Part shown: positions 34,831 to 44,949 of the stretch, in pieces
How positions within the stretch are numbered: position 1 is the stretch's first letter
Layout: every line of letters starts with the position of its first letter
IMG/VR virus record: IMGVR_UViG_3300032296_001930
Location: 1-55,249 of that record
Length of the DNA stretch: 55,249 nt
Origin: a virus
Taxonomy: Duplodnaviria > Caudoviricetes
Direction: 5' to 3' (one strand)
Notes under the pieces: generated by a model
Told to the model about the DNA's origin: nothing
The model's database searches: none
Seen by the model: only the letters and a program-made list of their open reading frames with translations
Program-made: the position numbers and the translations under genes

Positions 34831-37308
34831 TTAGAAAGTCCCGCCGGAGATCACGCCCCACTCAGGGCCAGTGGCCCCGGCCTTTAGGACATATCCTTGG
34901 GTTCCCAGCGATAGTTTACTGAGTGCAGTGCTCGTTGAGGCATACAGCAGGTCTCCTGCGGTATAAGAGGTTTGCCCAGTCCCGCCCAAAATTGCCGTCA
35001 CCGGCACGGTCAGGCTGAACTGGGTGCCCGACAGCGTCAGGCCAGTACCGGCAGAATAGACCTGCGCGGCAGACACCTGCACAAAAGTGATCGCCGTCGT
35101 ACCGAAGGTGATCACGCCTTGCGTGTTGCAGGTGTAAGTCTCACCAGCACCCGTTGTGCCCTGCTGAACGAAGAAGGTCGATCCCTCACTCAGTGTGTTT
35201 GGGCCAGCGATGCCATAGGTGTCTGTGTCGGACGAGCGGGTCAAGATCCAGTTCGTCGAGACAGAGCCGGTGTTGGTGACCACATAGACGCCGTTTTCCG
35301 TCGCGCTGGTCTGGGTGTAGACCAGCACGCGGTCATTGACCGAGAGGGTCACGCCGTCGATCACCAGTGCGGCCTGAGTGCCAGCATTGGTCAGCGTTGC
35401 GCCCACACCGGAAGAGCCGTTGTTGTAGGTCGCATTCAGCGGAGTCGGAGACTCGACGCGAACAGGCGTATGGAAGTGAATGCCCGAGGAAACCAGCGTG
35501 TCCACATACTGCTTCGTGGCAGCCTGCAAGGCAGACACCGGGTCTTGCGTGAGCGTGACCGAAGTCAGGCCCGCAAGAGTCAGCGAGGTCGCGCCAAGCG
35601 AAATCGAGGTCGTGCCGATGGTCACCGCGCTGTTGGCCAGCGAGGCATTCGGGATGTTCGACAGCGACAGCGCGTTCGTGCTTCCAAGCGCAACCGAGGC
35701 AGAGCCGGAGATGCCGCCGGAGTAGGTGAACGAGATCGTCGAGTTCGTCAGAGACCCGTTGCCGATGTTACTTAGGGTGTTCGTCGAGCCGCTGATCGTC
35801 TTGTTCGTCAGCGTGTCGGTTGTTGCCCGCCCAACCAAGGTATCAGTCGAGGTCGGAAGCGTGAGCGTGCCGCTGTTGACAATCGTCGCGATGACCGGCG
35901 CGGTCAGGGTTTTGTTCGTCAGGGTCTGCGAGCCGGTCAGCGTGACGACGGTCGAGTCGATGCTGATCGTCCTCGCAACCGAGCCGTTGAAGGTCGTGCC
36001 CGCATCCAGTTGCAGGCCGGTGCCGACGGTCAGCGCGGCCGTTGTGGAGGCCGTGATCGTGCCCGAAGCCCCGAGGGCCACCGTGACCCCGTTGTAGGTC
36101 ACCGAGGAGTTCGTCAGGCTCGCATTGGCAATGTTCGACAGCGTGTTGGTCGAGCCACTGATCGATGTCCCGGTGAAGGTCGTGATCGTGCCGCCCAGCG
36201 AGACCGAGGTCGAGCCGATAGTGATTGACGAGTTGGTCAGGGCCGCGTTGGGGATGTTCAAGAAGGTGTTCGAAGACCCCGACATCGTCTTGTTGGTCAG
36301 GGTTTCGGCACCCGCCAGCGTGGCCAGCGTGCCCGTGGTGGGCAGGGTGACATTCGTCGAGGCCGTGGCCGTCAGCGTGAGCGGGAACGCGCCAGAGGTC
36401 GTGAACGCCCCCGCGGTGGTCAAAGCACCGCCGGTGCTGATGCTGCCGCCCAGCGTGGTGGTGTAGGAGCCGTTGTTGACGCCCGTGCCGCCCGAGGCGG
36501 CGTTCAGGATGCCAGCCAGCACCACCGCACCGCTGGTTGGCGACGATGGGGTGAAGCCAGTCGAGCCAGCGCTGAAGGTTGTCACGCCACCGGCGAGCGA
36601 AAACTGCCGCCACTGGCCCGCAGCGTAGCCGTCGAAGGTCTGGTTGGTGCTGTTGAAGCGGAACTGGCCCGGGGTTCCGACCGGCTCTTGCGCGGCGGTG
36701 CCCACGGGGATCACCATACCGGCCACGCCGGGGATGACCGGGTCGGACACCATCGAGATGGTCGGATTACCGCCCTGCCCGTTGCCGTTGGCCACCGCGA
36801 TCTGGTTTGCAGTACCGGCGATCAGCACCCCGCCCGCGGTGGTGCCGTTCTGGAAGGCCAGCAGACCCGTGCCGCCGACCTGCGCGATGGCCGAAATCAG
36901 CCCATTCAGCGAGATCGTCGGGTTTCCTGAGACCCCGGAGCCGTTGGCAACGGCCAGACCGGTGCCAGAAACCGCCACAGAACGGGCAGAAACGGCCCCA
37001 GAACCCGTTTTTACGATGATCCCTGCACCAGCCCCCTCCAAAGCCCCGGAAGTGCCGTTGAGCGTGATCTGGAGGGTCGAGAGCGCCCCACCATCCACCA
37101 GACCGATGCCAGTGCCGCCGGAAAGCGCCCGGCTGTTGATCAGGGTCGGCTCCTGATTGAGCGTCAGGAAGGTCTGGGTCTGCACCGGCGAGCCAGCCAA
37201 GGCCGCCGTGGTCGTGCGGAGGGTCTGACCGTTCTGGACGATGGGGACGAGTTCCGTCCCAGTGATGGGGCCAGCCGCCGGGAGTTGGGTGATGGTTAAG
37301 TTCGGCAT
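34831..37308 (-). CDS. Long tail fibre protein
   Basis: TLTNKT repeats, AATKQYVD, RVLV..Q...ENGVY...LTR..D motifs. Confidence 0.8.
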   Translation of the reverse strand: MPNLTITQLPAAGPITGTELVPIVQNGQTLRTTTAALAGSPVQTQTFLTLNQEPTLINSRALSGGTGIGLVDGGALSTLQITLNGTSGALEGAGAGIIVKTGSGAVSARSVAVSGTGLAVANGSGVSGNPTISLNGLISAIAQVGGTGLLAFQNGTTAGGVLIAGTANQIAVANGNGQGGNPTISMVSDPVIPGVAGMVIPVGTAAQEPVGTPGQFRFNSTNQTFDGYAAGQWRQFSLAGGVTTFSAGSTGFTPSSPTSGAVVLAGILNAASGGTGVNNGSYTTTLGGSISTGGALTTAGAFTTSGAFPLTLTATASTNVTLPTTGTLATLAGAETLTNKTMSGSSNTFLNIPNAALTNSSITIGSTSVSLGGTITTFTGTSISGSTNTLSNIANASLTNSSVTYNGVTVALGASGTITASTTAALTVGTGLQLDAGTTFNGSVARTISIDSTVVTLTGSQTLTNKTLTAPVIATIVNSGTLTLPTSTDTLVGRATTDTLTNKTISGSTNTLSNIGNGSLTNSTISFTYSGGISGSASVALGSTNALSLSNIPNASLANSAVTIGTTSISLGATSLTLAGLTSVTLTQDPVSALQAATKQYVDTLVSSGIHFHTPVRVESPTPLNATYNNGSSGVGATLTNAGTQAALVIDGVTLSVNDRVLVYTQTSATENGVYVVTNTGSVSTNWILTRSSDTDTYGIAGPNTLSEGSTFFVQQGTTGAGETYTCNTQGVITFGTTAITFVQVSAAQVYSAGTGLTLSGTQFSLTVPVTAILGGTGQTSYTAGDLLYASTSTALSKLSLGTQGYVLKAGATGPEWGVISGGTF

Positions 37309-37309
37309 A

Positions 37310-37654
37310 TCAGGGCTGGATCTCCAGTCCGTCTAGGTTGCCATTGTTCTCCGGCGTCTCGGTGTTGCCTTCCGTAGAAAGCACCGCGCCGCCGTAAGGC
37401 TCCCCAGCGGACAGATTGTTGGGATCGACGGCCACCGAGACATCCGGCCGAGGAAACCGAATCGTTATCCTTTCGGTTTTCCGGGCAGGCAGGCGGTAGG
37501 GGTCGAATTCGTCGGCGCAGCCCTCGTTGCAGACCTGCAAACCGGGGAAGTTCGGGTCGCTCCTCATCACCGCGTGCGGGCGCTTCATCTTGCACCGGTC
37601 GCACACGGCGATTGCGATGTCTGAGTAGCCTTCGGTGTCGAGGAAACGAGGCAT
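37310..37654 (-). CDS. Conserved CxxC virion-module protein
   Basis: AVCDRC...GLQVC..C.D..DP...RPD. Confidence 0.7.
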   Translation of the reverse strand: MPRFLDTEGYSDIAIAVCDRCKMKRPHAVMRSDPNFPGLQVCNEGCADEFDPYRLPARKTERITIRFPRPDVSVAVDPNNLSAGEPYGGAVLSTEGNTETPENNGNLDGLEIQP

Positions 37655-37657
37655 GGC

Positions 37658-38731
37658 TTACCTCGTGTAGACGCTGATGTTCGGCGCGAAGTAAATCGGC
37701 GACTTGTCGCGCTCCTCGACCTCGGCCAAGGTCAGGTATTTCTCGGCCTGACCCTCAAGGTAGGTGATGCGATCCAGCGCAACACCCGGCAGTTCGAGGC
37801 TCATCTGGTGAGCCAGCATCGACTGCACGGCCAAGAACCAGCGCTGCGGAATCTCCAGTTCGCCGGAGAGCGAGCCGACATCCATGATCTGGCGCGAGTA
37901 CCAAACCGTCATCTGCACGAAGGTGTCCGAAGGCACCGGCCAGAGGTAGATCTCCGACTCGGGGATCGTGCGGTTGAACCAGTACTGGAAGGGCTGGTTG
38001 GCGGTGAAGTTTTTGTTCGGCAGGTTCGTGTAGTCGTCCCGGTTCAGACGCGCCATCGTGATCTCGGTCGAGTTATTCCCGAAGTAGAGTTCACGAAGCG
38101 ACAGCGTCGAGCCGTTTCTGGCCCGAATGCGGTAGAACTGCACGGTCTGGCCCGGGTCGATGTCGTACCAAAGCCATTCATCGTTGACCCAAGCGGTCAC
38201 ACCCGGGTCGTAGAGCGTTTTCCAAGTGATCCCGTCGGCGGAGTACTCAAATATGCAGTCGATACTCGCAGAAACGCCCGGCAAAACGCCGATTGAGCCG
38301 ATGTAGACCGGGTTGTTGGTGCCGTAATCGACTGTGATGGTGCCGTTAGCGCTGGTTTGGGTGCAGAGGGTGTCAATGTTTGAGTCAAAAGCGTTTCCAA
38401 CGATGCCCCCGGCACTCGATGCGTATCCGCCGGTGCTGTTCGGGGTGGGCCTGTTCATTTGGCGGTACAGTGCTTGGAGCACATCGTTGCCGCCAAGAGG
38501 CAATTTGTAGATGTACTGGTCGGCCTTCAGGCCGTAGACCTTCTTGTCGATGGCCCAGTACTGGATCCCGATGTTGATCAGGTTCGAGAGCAGAAAAAAC
38601 AGCGACTCGCGGGCACTCAAAACCTGCTCGGAGGTCAACTCCTCGGCCAATTTCCCGCAGCGACGCGCCCCGTGATCAATCAGGGTTTGGACTTGGATGA
38701 CGGTCGTACCGACGGTTCCCGAGTAGGCCAT
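37658..38731 (-). CDS. Head-tail connector protein with inserted discoidin-like domain
   Basis: A..SL..LL..L.N.G...W N-terminus; Y..LPNK....P.QY...IYLWPVP C-terminus; internal NAFD...DYG...YS.DG..W. Confidence 0.6.
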   Translation of the reverse strand: MAYSGTVGTTVIQVQTLIDHGARRCGKLAEELTSEQVLSARESLFFLLSNLINIGIQYWAIDKKVYGLKADQYIYKLPLGGNDVLQALYRQMNRPTPNSTGGYASSAGGIVGNAFDSNIDTLCTQTSANGTITVDYGTNNPVYIGSIGVLPGVSASIDCIFEYSADGITWKTLYDPGVTAWVNDEWLWYDIDPGQTVQFYRIRARNGSTLSLRELYFGNNSTEITMARLNRDDYTNLPNKNFTANQPFQYWFNRTIPESEIYLWPVPSDTFVQMTVWYSRQIMDVGSLSGELEIPQRWFLAVQSMLAHQMSLELPGVALDRITYLEGQAEKYLTLAEVEERDKSPIYFAPNISVYTR

Positions 38732-38738
38732 GTTCACC

Positions 38739-39143
38739 TCACCATCCGGGGCAGTTCCAACGCTTCATGGACGCACGGGCGCGACTCCCCTTATCGCTTT
38801 TCTCTGCAACAGGCTCCATTCTCGCGCAAAACGAGTCCCGACGAGCGCCCCCTTGGGGCTGCGGAGCCTTCAAATTCGACCCCGTCTCGCGGTTGTACTT
38901 GGCCCGACCCTTGGCCGTGAGGCCAGCGCCGCGCTCTACAGGCATTTTTTCGCCCCGGCCCACAGCAAGGGACACCCCGCCCTCTTTCATGCGCTCTGGC
39001 AGGCCGCTGTACGCCTTCTTGCCCTTGTTGGACGCAGTGAACTCGGCCGCCACGCTCGGCTTGATGCCGACCTTCTTGGCAAACTTGGGGTTGTTCTCCG
39101 CGGCTTTCATCAGCCGAAACTGGGCTTGGGACTTGGCTGGCAT
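38739..39143 (-). CDS. Small basic two-domain protein (C-terminal DUF6321-like)
   Basis: MP.KS.AQ.R.M.AA..NP.FAKKVGI module + MKEGG + GLT.KGR..YNR.TGSNLK.P...RR.SFCARM...RW.C. Confidence 0.65.
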   Translation of the reverse strand: MPAKSQAQFRLMKAAENNPKFAKKVGIKPSVAAEFTASNKGKKAYSGLPERMKEGGVSLAVGRGEKMPVERGAGLTAKGRAKYNRETGSNLKAPQPQGGARRDSFCARMEPVAEKSDKGSRARASMKRWNCPGW

Positions 39144-39922
39144 CACGGCCCCTCTTTCACGAGAACCAGAATGAACATCGAGGAGACTGCATTGTTGTTT
39201 GCACTGCCGATTGCAGTTGCCTCAACCGTGGTCTTCTCTGGAATTGCAAGCGGGTACTCGAACACATAGTTCGCCACGCCGTTGTTCAAAGTGGTGAGCG
39301 CCGCAGTCATGCGGATGTTGTTCAAACCACGAGTCAACAAACGACCTTGAACTTGGGTCGACCCGCTGGCCTGACCAGTCGAAAACAGACCTTGAGACAC
39401 ATATGCGGTGTACCCAGCGGGGATGGTGTAACTGCCTGTGGTCGTGGTGTTGTAGTCGAACTTGATGATGTCGTAGGGCGTCGCGGGAACGCCCGCGGTC
39501 ACTGTGCCCGTGCCGATGTAGATGTCGCCCGCGGCGCTGTTGCCAGAGCCTGCGGTGGCCACATAGGCGTAGTTGATGCGCAGCAGTGATGCGGTCATCG
39601 TCACCGCGGTCTGGCCATTGAGGGTGACCGTCTCGGTGACTTCGTTGTAGTTGGCGTCCAGACCTTGCACAACGACCGTGCGGGCACCGGTGCCTGCGCT
39701 CGTATCGTTCGCGCTGGTCGAACTGACCGTCATCTGGATGGCAGATGCCGGGAAAGTGATCAGGCTGGGCAGCGGCCAGACAGACACCTGCGTGGTGTCC
39801 ACATCGGGGTTGAAGCCGAATACGGTGACATTCCTGTGGCCTTGAATCTGGCCGCGAGCGACTTGGAGTTCGAAAGGCTCGAACGCCCCTTGCCGCGTGA
39901 TTGAGGAGATGACCGTGGACAT
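39143..39922 (-). CDS. Putative virion structural protein
   Basis: 259 aa beta-rich, VSS.SA.D...GTGART..V.GLD.NY motif. Confidence 0.65.
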   Translation of the reverse strand: MSTVISSITRQGAFEPFELQVARGQIQGHRNVTVFGFNPDVDTTQVSVWPLPSLITFPASAIQMTVSSTSANDTSAGTGARTVVVQGLDANYNEVTETVTLNGQTAVTMTASLLRINYAYVATAGSGNSAAGDIYIGTGTVTAGVPATPYDIIKFDYNTTTTGSYTIPAGYTAYVSQGLFSTGQASGSTQVQGRLLTRGLNNIRMTAALTTLNNGVANYVFEYPLAIPEKTTVEATAIGSANNNAVSSMFILVLVKEGP

Positions 39923-40227
39923 CAGGCAATCCCCGCCTGCACGACCTTCATGGTCACGGTGCCAGAACCGGAGTTCACGAGCGTCTTCAGGCCCGTGATC
40001 GGGAAATTGATCGAGCCATCTTCATTGCCAGTCTTGCTGGTGATGGTCGCGTCGTCGAACCAAGTGGAAAAACCCACACTCGGGTCGTCGTAGGAGTACT
40101 GCACGGAGTAGTTCACAGTGCCAGTCACAATCACGGCAAAGCCGATGTTGACGGGCGTGATGTTCGTGTTGATCACAACCGCATCGGTCGATCCAGTGCC
40201 GGTCTTAGAAACGGTTTGGACTTTCAT
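39922..40227 (-). CDS. Putative virion structural protein
   Basis: 101 aa beta-rich ORF in late operon. Confidence 0.65.
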   Translation of the reverse strand: MKVQTVSKTGTGSTDAVVINTNITPVNIGFAVIVTGTVNYSVQYSYDDPSVGFSTWFDDATITSKTGNEDGSINFPITGLKTLVNSGSGTVTMKVVQAGIA

Positions 40228-40237
40228 CTCTTTCCTT

Positions 40238-40265
40238 CAAAGAAAGCGGGGGCCGAAGCCCCCAC
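40238..40265 (-). terminator. Rho-independent terminator
   Basis: GTGGGGGC-TTCG-GCCCCCGC-TTTCTTT. Confidence 0.75.
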
Positions 40266-40271
40266 CTTGTT

Positions 40272-41420
40272 TCAGCACACTCGTCCGCCGCGCTTCTTGG
40301 CAGGTGTCACAGTGACAGACTCCTTGGTCTTGGTGACGCTGCCTTCTGGCACTTTGGGAGAGAACAAGCCCTTGATCCCCTGCATGACGCGCTTTGGAGC
40401 GCCGAGGATCGCATTACGCATCCCCTCGTTCTCCTCGCGCTGAGACTTCTCCCAGTTCTCATACGCCCGCTGGTTGCGGTTCGTCTTCAACTGGTCTTCA
40501 GCCTCAGCAGGGATGCCACCCTCCTTCATCTTCTTGCCGTACTTGCTGTACACCTCGTTGGAGTACGCCTTGGCCTGTTTCATGGCCGTGGCGTTTTCCT
40601 TCGTGAATGCCTTCTGCAAGCGGCCTTCAGCGGCAGTTACCTTGCCGCCTTTTTTGAAGGTGCCGGAGAGTTCGGTGATAGACACCGGGGCAGTGGGCTT
40701 TTTGCGGCCTTGGGGCATCGCGACGGGGGCACCGCTATCAACAACTCCCCCCGCCGCGTAGGCTTTTTTTGCTGCGCCGCCTTTTTTGTAGCCGCCAGCA
40801 TTCGCCTTCGCAACGCCACCAGTAGCGTAGCCACCATCATTGCCCATCTTCACTGCGCCAGTTTTGGCTGGAGAGTGATCGGGCTTTGCGGTGTGCATCT
40901 TGGTGTTGCGGTACTCGCCACCTTGGTTTTCGGTGTTGATGATGCCGCTCTTGGGCAAGCCGCCCTCAGCCATCTTGACCGAGCCGCCTTTTTTGTAGCC
41001 GCCCTGACCCATGACCACACCACCGGTCTTCAGGCCCTTGTGGGCCTTGGACGCGGGCTTGTCGGCGTGTTCTTTCAACGCCTTGGAGGTCTTGGCCATC
41101 TTGGCCATCTCGGCCTTGTGCATGGACTTGGTCTCGCCGCCCTCTTTCATCACTTGAGCGGCCATGCCCACGGGGGCCGCGGGGGCGGCACCAGCAGGCA
41201 TTGCACGCATCGCACGACGACGAGCAGCCATCGAGGGCTTCATGGGGGCCTTAGCACCCATCATGCCGCCACGAGCGGGCATAGAAGGCATGGCGGGGGC
41301 TGCCATGTCTGGCGAGCCACCCATCTGCATCTTCTTCTCCACCTTGCCGCCCTTTTTGAGTTTCAACTCAATGGACGGCTCGGTGGTCATCATCTTCACC
41401 ATCGGTTTGAATTGGCCCAT
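40272..41420 (-). CDS. Lys/Gly/Met-rich basic protein built from repeated xxxGGxV motifs
   Basis: LKKGGKV, MKEGGET, LKTGGVV, YKKGGSV, MAEGGLP, YATGGVA, YKKGGAA, YAAGGVV, FKKGGKV, MKEGGIP, KKRGGRV. Confidence 0.8.
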   Translation of the reverse strand: MGQFKPMVKMMTTEPSIELKLKKGGKVEKKMQMGGSPDMAAPAMPSMPARGGMMGAKAPMKPSMAARRRAMRAMPAGAAPAAPVGMAAQVMKEGGETKSMHKAEMAKMAKTSKALKEHADKPASKAHKGLKTGGVVMGQGGYKKGGSVKMAEGGLPKSGIINTENQGGEYRNTKMHTAKPDHSPAKTGAVKMGNDGGYATGGVAKANAGGYKKGGAAKKAYAAGGVVDSGAPVAMPQGRKKPTAPVSITELSGTFKKGGKVTAAEGRLQKAFTKENATAMKQAKAYSNEVYSKYGKKMKEGGIPAEAEDQLKTNRNQRAYENWEKSQREENEGMRNAILGAPKRVMQGIKGLFSPKVPEGSVTKTKESVTVTPAKKRGGRVC

Positions 41421-41431
41421 GATGCGCCTCC

Positions 41432-41881
41432 TCAAATTTTCTGGGCGTACACAACCGTCAGACGAACAATCGCCTGCGTTGTGCTGATCGTGCCGTTCGG
41501 ATCGACAGTGATGAACACCGACTGGTTAGAGCCGATATTCGCCATCGCCGCCAATTGCGCCGCCGTAAAGGTCAGCGCGGCCCGACCACCCGCGAAGATG
41601 TTGGTGGACGACACATACTGCGTACCAGCCGCAGCGGTGCCGATGGTCATTGCGATCTGCGTTGCAGTGCCGCCGCCGACCGCCTCGTCCTGAACCATAT
41701 CGACAAAAAAGTCGATGATCTGGGAAGAAGCAGGAAGCGTCACCGAAGCGCTGGTCGCGTCTCCCGATGCAGCGGTAGTGACAGTTGTGGTCTGACTTAC
41801 GACAACGAATCCGCCGTCGGTGGTGTCAGTCAGCGTGTCCGAACCGGTTCGGAGAGTAGAGCCTATGTAGGTCTGTGCCAT
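41432..41881 (-). CDS. Putative capsid decoration/virion protein
   Basis: Directly after MCP; LPA.SQI.D motif. Confidence 0.6.
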   Translation of the reverse strand: MAQTYIGSTLRTGSDTLTDTTDGGFVVVSQTTTVTTAASGDATSASVTLPASSQIIDFFVDMVQDEAVGGGTATQIAMTIGTAAAGTQYVSSTNIFAGGRAALTFTAAQLAAMANIGSNQSVFITVDPNGTISTTQAIVRLTVVYAQKI

Positions 41882-41899
41882 TGTCTTTCTCCTTTAAGG

Positions 41900-41921
41900 A
41901 GAGGGAGCCGAAGCCCCCTCT
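41900..41921 (-). terminator. UUCG hairpin after the capsid gene (weak terminator or mRNA stabiliser)
   Basis: AGAGGGGGC-TTCG-GCTCCCTCT; poor U-tract. Confidence 0.45.
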
Positions 41922-41927
41922 GTAGGT

Positions 41928-42842
41928 TTAGACGCCGGGAGTACCGTACATCGCACGAGGATCGGTGAAGCCGATGTCGTAACGCTCGGTGGCCTTGTAG
42001 CGCATCGAGTCGGTTTCGAAGTCGCCCTCCATCGTCTTTTCCAGACGACGGCGCATCATCAGTTTCATGCCCTCGGGCGCATCGGTCTGCACCCACCATG
42101 CGGTTGCGCTGGTCAGACGCGAGATCACAGCGGCACCCTCGTCCAGCAAGCCAATCGACTTGATGGGGTTGATGTCGTTGTTCGCGTTGCCAGCACGCAG
42201 CACGGACTTCAGGAGCACCTCGGCTTGGAAGACATTGCCGGGGGCCACCACCAGTTGGCGGGGCACCAGACGGATCTTCTTGCCGTTGTTGTCCACGGCC
42301 TGACGGATCTGGATGAGCATCTGCTCAAGCGAGGTCTGCGACAGGTTCGCGGCGGTGGTCAGCAGGTTGCTGAAGGTGCCGTTCACGATGGGGTGCGAGG
42401 CACTATTCAGTGCCACACCGTCACCACCGGGGTACGAGGCGTTGAATGCGCGGTTCAGCACATTGGCGGCCAGCGTTTCCTTGGTCTCGATCAGGGACTG
42501 AGCGAGGTGGCGGGCATACACCTGACCGATACGGATGTGGTCGCCGTCCTCAACCAGCACTTTGGTCAGGGCGAAGGCGAGGCCATACACCTTGTACACA
42601 TAGCGCTTGAGGAACAGCACACCACCCTGCTGATAGGTCACCGGAGTGCCATCAGGCAGTTCCGGCGCAGCGCCGAAACCGTACAGGACGGGTTCTTCGT
42701 GGTAGTTGCGGGGAATGCCTTGCTGTTCGCGGAACACTCGGCTCCACTCATCAGCACGCTGGTCGTAAACGCCATCGAAGCATTCATTCAGGATTGGTTC
42801 AACGATTGACCGAAAGTCGGTACTACGCATCGGAGCGGCCAT
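41928..42842 (-). CDS. Major capsid protein
   Basis: 304 aa; GFG.A....G..V.Y, GGDGV.L.S..HP, DF.T...RYKA.ERY..G..DPR..YG.PG. Confidence 0.85.
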   Translation of the reverse strand: MAAPMRSTDFRSIVEPILNECFDGVYDQRADEWSRVFREQQGIPRNYHEEPVLYGFGAAPELPDGTPVTYQQGGVLFLKRYVYKVYGLAFALTKVLVEDGDHIRIGQVYARHLAQSLIETKETLAANVLNRAFNASYPGGDGVALNSASHPIVNGTFSNLLTTAANLSQTSLEQMLIQIRQAVDNNGKKIRLVPRQLVVAPGNVFQAEVLLKSVLRAGNANNDINPIKSIGLLDEGAAVISRLTSATAWWVQTDAPEGMKLMMRRRLEKTMEGDFETDSMRYKATERYDIGFTDPRAMYGTPGV

Positions 42843-42856
42843 GATTCACCCCTTTC

Positions 42857-43429
42857 TTAGATGGCGTTAACGGACGCATTGAACTGCGACTCGTTGACAG
42901 TTACGCGAACAATCGTGAACGCATCGCCCCAATCGTTATCGGGGTACGGGGCCAGATCGCGAATCAGCATCTGTGCGCTGTTGCCCTGACCAGCCAAAGT
43001 GGTGGACAGAGTGCATTGCGACAGGCCGGTCGTGGTCGAGCCAGCGGTGGTGTTGCTCAGATCGGCCATGTCGCCGATAGAGGTCTGGGCCAGCGAGCCA
43101 GCAGCCTGAATTTCGTAAACGATGTTGGGGTCGTTGTAGAAATAGGCCACGCAAGAACCGGTCTGGTACGCCGTGGAAGCGGGCCAGTAGTTCGAGACGC
43201 GACGGCGGCCGGTGGTGTCAGTCCACTCCACGCCAGCGAAAGCGCCTTGGAAGGCATCGCCTGCTGCTGCGACAACGATGTTGCCGCTGGAGTTCAGTTT
43301 GACCGGTTGGCCCTTGAGGATGTCGGTGCTATAGCCCGACGCGATACCGTTGGCAAGCGCCTGAGCGCGATCCAAACCCGAGGGATGGAAAGCGGGGCGC
43401 AAACCGAACGGAGCATTGGTCGAAGACAT
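42857..43429 (-). CDS. Capsid-associated (cement/minor capsid) protein
   Basis: APFGLRP N-terminus; GAF.G.E.TD; DP.IVYEIQ; directly upstream of MCP. Confidence 0.65.
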   Translation of the reverse strand: MSSTNAPFGLRPAFHPSGLDRAQALANGIASGYSTDILKGQPVKLNSSGNIVVAAAGDAFQGAFAGVEWTDTTGRRRVSNYWPASTAYQTGSCVAYFYNDPNIVYEIQAAGSLAQTSIGDMADLSNTTAGSTTTGLSQCTLSTTLAGQGNSAQMLIRDLAPYPDNDWGDAFTIVRVTVNESQFNASVNAI

Positions 43430-43453
43430 TGTCTTACTCCTTGGTTGAAGTCC

Positions 43454-43996
43454 TTACCCGTGGAATACGGGCGTCGGAACGGATCGTTCGATTTCACCAA
43501 AGCCTTCGCCTTCAACTCTCCCCAGAGACCTGCCTGTGGAGTCACGAGCACCCTGAAGATTCTCCAGTTGGACTCGGATCTTTTCCGACTCCTCCATGGG
43601 CTTCTCATGGTGCATCTGCAACATGATGTCCTGATACATATCCATCGGGATTTTGAACAGGAGCATTTCGTTGCAGGCAATGAAACCAGCGTGTTCTCCA
43701 GCCTTTACGCGGAAATTCTCGAACCCGGGTATCTCTTCGGTTTTCACCGGTACATATCCGAGACGGATTCGCTTATCAATGCTGTCGTAACTGTTGGTCG
43801 TTGATAACCAGCAAAGGTGCCAGCCCGGCAATTCGGGCAACTTTGGTAGCGCACTTTGTGTCCACTCATCGCTCCACATCTTTCGACGCTCCTGCGCTGA
43901 CATGAACTTCTCTTCAGGTGCCGCCCGGCTGGCGTCCTCACTGGCGCGAGTTTCGCGACCACCGGCGTTGAGAGATTTTTTGAGACGAGAATCCAT
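43454..43996 (-). CDS. Conserved head-module protein
   Basis: P..PGWH..W......GY.PV...LL.KIP pattern. Confidence 0.65.
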   Translation of the reverse strand: MDSRLKKSLNAGGRETRASEDASRAAPEEKFMSAQERRKMWSDEWTQSALPKLPELPGWHLCWLSTTNSYDSIDKRIRLGYVPVKTEEIPGFENFRVKAGEHAGFIACNEMLLFKIPMDMYQDIMLQMHHEKPMEESEKIRVQLENLQGARDSTGRSLGRVEGEGFGEIERSVPTPVFHG

Positions 43997-44001
43997 GATG
44001 T

Positions 44002-44949
44002 TTACCCTCTATTGTTTCGTGCCTGCTCGGCGTAGCGTTTGATCATTCGGTTGCGTGACGCGGGGTCATCCCACAGTCCTGCATCCTTTATTGCCCGTAC
44101 CATTTCAGGTTCGAGGACAAAGGTTTTCCCAGTTTGACCGGGAACCGATGATTCTCTACTTGAGCCGGTGACGAAACTTCGAGGTCTCCTTCGTGGTTGG
44201 TCGTCTTGTTCGTGAGTATAGCGATTCGGTAAACGAGCGTGCAAGCGTTTGTCAAACTCGTCCCAATACTCTTCGCTCGCGGGATCCCAGCCCTCGGAGG
44301 CCAGCCGGTTGTCGATCAACTTGGCGATCTGGCTGTCCTCGTCCCCACCGTTGGGGTCGTACCAAGGGTTGCGCTCCATCCACTGGTTGGCCAACTTGAC
44401 CAAACGAGGATTGGCGGGGCCTGCGTCGTTGTTTGTGGCCTGCACGGCGCGTTGCTTGATGCCCTGCATGGCCTCGACCTTGCGGCGTGCCTCATACCAG
44501 CCTTCTTGGGCCTGCATGAAGGCCGCACCGTCGGAGTTGTCGGTGGCCTCGCGCATCTTGCGCTTGAAGAACTCAAGGCGGGCCTCCTCGTCGGAGATCG
44601 CCGAGTCGAGACGGGCCAGATCGGCGGTGTGCGTCTTGCGCTCCACCGCGGCCAGCCGCTCCATGAGTTCTTGGTTCTGCCGCGTGAGCAGGGTCAGGCG
44701 CTGATCCTTCTCTTCGTTGGTGCGCTTGATGTACTCTTTCTTGGCGCGGCGTCGTGCCCGGCGGGCGTCGCGGATAGCGTCGGTATCACCGGGCTGGTCT
44801 TCGTCACCAGAGTCGTCCTGAGCGGCCGCCTGACCGCCGTCGGCCATGTCCACGCCTTCCATGCCCTCGGGCAGTTCGACGATGACGGAGCCGTCCTTCT
44901 CTTCGGTGACCTCAAAGACCTCTTCTTTGGGTTTGGTTTCTGTGTTCAT
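44002..44949 (-). CDS. Putative scaffolding protein
   Basis: Acidic N-terminus, coiled coil, W...NPW motif; between portal and MCP. Confidence 0.65.
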   Translation of the reverse strand: MNTETKPKEEVFEVTEEKDGSVIVELPEGMEGVDMADGGQAAAQDDSGDEDQPGDTDAIRDARRARRRAKKEYIKRTNEEKDQRLTLLTRQNQELMERLAAVERKTHTADLARLDSAISDEEARLEFFKRKMREATDNSDGAAFMQAQEGWYEARRKVEAMQGIKQRAVQATNNDAGPANPRLVKLANQWMERNPWYDPNGGDEDSQIAKLIDNRLASEGWDPASEEYWDEFDKRLHARLPNRYTHEQDDQPRRRPRSFVTGSSRESSVPGQTGKTFVLEPEMVRAIKDAGLWDDPASRNRMIKRYAEQARNNRG

